The notes beneath the pieces are model-generated. The model saw nothing but the letters and a program-made list of their open reading frames with translations, had not been told where the DNA came from and made no database searches. This document shows, piece after piece, positions 29,516 to 31,482 of a DNA stretch of 31,482 bases. The DNA is from Pseudobacteriovorax sp. (GTDB lineage Bacteria; Bdellovibrionota_B; Oligoflexia; Oligoflexales; Oligoflexaceae): assembly GCA_050293845.1 (NCBI GenBank), contig JBNKNM010000045.1, forward strand, positions 1 to 31,482. Reading direction: 5' to 3'. The first letter of the stretch is position 1. Each line of letters opens with the position of its first letter. The position numbers and the translations under genes were made by a program.

Positions 29516-30382
29516 CTATTCCGGAACGAGAATTTCATCGGAGTTACTGTCATCGTCATCATCTTGAGCCTGGGAGTTCGCAGTCCACTCGACCGAGTCT
29601 TCTGTGACCACTAGCTTAAAGTTTGCCAAATGCTGATGGGATGACTCTCTAACCTTAGCAGTTTGCGCTTGTATTACAATTTTTGAAGCTTTAGCATTTT
29701 TCATATTTAAAATCAGGCTAGTAACCTCGCCTAGGAAGGCTTTGCGTAAAGTTGATAGTATCTGCGGCGAAAGCTTCTGCGCATTGAGTTGATTTTTTAC
29801 CAAACGATTGGCAAACATGTATTTTACGATATAGCGGGCTCCAGTACTACTCTTGTCAGTAAGGGCGGACAACGAGTTAGTAAGCTTGGGAATTCTCCCT
29901 GATCGCAAGACTTCTTTTTTTGATGATGAACGACTGCGAGAAACAGTTGCGGTCGTTCCCCGGTCAGCATATAGCTTGCTGACGATGCCCTTAACATCGA
30001 GGAGTAACTTGCTCTTCACAGCATCACTCAGATCTTCCCCTCCGACTTCCACAAGCAACTCAACAAAAGATGCTAAGATGGCTTTTGCCAGTACTGTAGT
30101 ATCCGTTGTCTTGCGTTTATTGCTTGAACTTGTGGGGGCGGAGCCATCTGGGCTTAGTGTTCCTACCATGATTACTGGAATATTCAACTCGACTTGAGGT
30201 AGCCTCACTCGTGGTACAGGAAAATGTTTAAGCAAAGGGTGGCTTTGGTATTGTTCTGCTATACGGATAGTTTCCAGGTCAGCTTGCATCCTTGCTTTGG
30301 TTACAGAAGATAGCAGATGACCTAAATAATCACCCAAGGATTCATTCTCTTCATCATCTATAACTGCATTATTATTTGCCAT
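29516..30382 (-). CDS. Divergent DUF2589-like protein with a large insertion
   Basis: AAGGA RBS before ATG 30382. LGDYLG.LL..V..AR.QAD and FPVPRVRLPQVELNIPV parallel the helix plus P-P-strand layout of the DUF2589 neighbour. Confidence 0.7.
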   Translation of the reverse strand: MANNNAVIDDEENESLGDYLGHLLSSVTKARMQADLETIRIAEQYQSHPLLKHFPVPRVRLPQVELNIPVIMVGTLSPDGSAPTSSSNKRKTTDTTVLAKAILASFVELLVEVGGEDLSDAVKSKLLLDVKGIVSKLYADRGTTATVSRSRSSSKKEVLRSGRIPKLTNSLSALTDKSSTGARYIVKYMFANRLVKNQLNAQKLSPQILSTLRKAFLGEVTSLILNMKNAKASKIVIQAQTAKVRESSHQHLANFKLVVTEDSVEWTANSQAQDDDDDSNSDEILVPE

Positions 30383-30499
30383 AATAACGATCCTTTTATT
30401 ACGGGATGGGGTAGACGTACATCTATTATAAAACCTTAATCCTGTGGATGGGAGAGGCAAAAAACACCCTGTTTTTCGCCTCAGCCCCTAGGGGGCATT

Positions 30500-31099
30500 T
30501 TAGGCTGCTGCGCCAACAACCTGTGCTTCTTCTGTTTGACCAGAGGTATTGTCGAATATGGATTCTTCTAAGATATTGAGAACTTTTTCCATACCAGCAG
30601 GAATTTCATCCTGTACGGCATGAACGCGAACATCAAGGGAGTAGGTTTTGGTTTCCTTGCTGCCTGACTTACTTGCTTTTTGGTAACTGGTATTGACCTT
30701 CAATTTTACGTTACCCATACCCCAACCATGTTTCACTGCTAGGGAAGCATCAACGCCAAAGTTTGACGAACTCTCGCGTGTCGATACACTATTGATTTTC
30801 GCTTTAAACTCAATGGTAGTGTCTTCCACTCTAATATAGGGAATAGGTACAATGGTAAGAAGGGGAACGATGAGTTCGACATTGTCGCGCATGTTTTCAT
30901 CTTGGGAGGCTTTGGTGTACGAAAATTTAACGTTATTTAACGTCTGCTTGCCACTTTCGTCTTTTGTAAAGCCAACTTCCTTAATGAAGTCTACCGTCGC
31001 CTTAGCTGCTTGGGTTTGGGCATTGACGACCGCCGTTAACGGGCCACCAATCATTGATGAAAAGTCGATACTAGATAGTTCTTTACCTGGGTTAGACAT
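30500..31099 (-). CDS. DUF2589 domain protein
   Basis: GGAGG RBS; IDFSSMIGGPLTAVVNAQ...FIKEVGF, VPLLTIVPIP, V.A.QDE.PAGM.KVL.IL. Confidence 0.9.
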   Translation of the reverse strand: MSNPGKELSSIDFSSMIGGPLTAVVNAQTQAAKATVDFIKEVGFTKDESGKQTLNNVKFSYTKASQDENMRDNVELIVPLLTIVPIPYIRVEDTTIEFKAKINSVSTRESSSNFGVDASLAVKHGWGMGNVKLKVNTSYQKASKSGSKETKTYSLDVRVHAVQDEIPAGMEKVLNILEESIFDNTSGQTEEAQVVGAAA

Positions 31100-31135
31100 A
31101 GCTCCTCCAAAAATATGAGACCATTCTCGCTGGTG

Positions 31136-31162
31136 ATTTCGGTCAAGGGGGTGATCCCTTTA
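31136..31162 (-). promoter_or_regulatory. Putative sigma28 (FliA) promoter of the DUF2589 operon
   Basis: Minus strand TAAA-N15-ACCGAAAT versus consensus TAAA-N15-GCCGATAA, 36 bp upstream of the ATG. Confidence 0.5.
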
Positions 31163-31482
31163 GAAGAAAAAGAGAAAAGATTCCTTAATAAGGAAAAGCT
31201 TGTTAGTTCAAATGCATAGGATCTAATTTTAAGTTCTTCTATGGTTATGATAAGAGTGGTTCTAGTAAAAACATGTCAGCAGCGCTGTATTTTATTCCTT
31301 TTGTTCGCATATTCAGATACTTTATCGGTGAGCGAAGTTCTTATGATGGCTTTGATACTTACTTTCTGGGAAGTTTATTGTATGAGAAATACCGTTTTTG
31401 GGTGCATGTCAATTACCCCCACCTAAAGGAGGGGGCTTGTGAGGTGACTCGCAAGGGAGACTAGTTGACCAGACCACTAGCA

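Noticed and set aside
31241..31464. Two short plus-strand ORFs at the window end
   Set aside because: No supporting RBS or homology motif; cannot be judged at the edge.
27001..31482. Prophage or integrative element at tRNA-fMet
   Set aside because: No integrase, phage structural genes or duplicated tRNA 3' end were seen in the window; a lysozyme domain alone is insufficient.

Overview
Bacterial chromosomal window of moderate GC. The gene content (RdgC-like FLGxEFLTW protein, TIGR02147-like HTH protein, YihY-wHTH, Smr-prmA-rsmE, many orphan lipoproteins) suggests, by inference only, a Bdellovibrionota/Oligoflexia-like organism. (1) 1-8.0 kb: an intact S8 subtilase with C-terminal DM9 repeats, then a decayed tract containing an LRR pseudogene, IS6 and IS200 transposase relics, a Tat-malectin-PKD/GH95 fucosidase gene with an internal deletion, and a CheA-like fragment. 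(2) 8.0-27.1 kb: a sigma54-type promoter driving a coiled-coil lipoprotein, an orphan sigma54-type promoter followed by three 20-bp repeats (candidate sRNA), a methyltransferase, fabH, an HTH protein, a TPR/OM-barrel/lipoprotein trio, pepF, an OmpR-family two-component pair, yihY, rdgC-like, two perfect DnaA boxes, smr, prmA, rsmE and tRNA-fMet. (3) 27.3-31.2 kb: the best candidate for an undescribed system. A DUF2589 operon (DUF2589 protein, divergent DUF2589-like protein, helical protein) with a sigma28-like promoter converges on a multi-TM membrane protein fused to an intact T4-type lysozyme. All family calls come from motif recognition; no searches were run.
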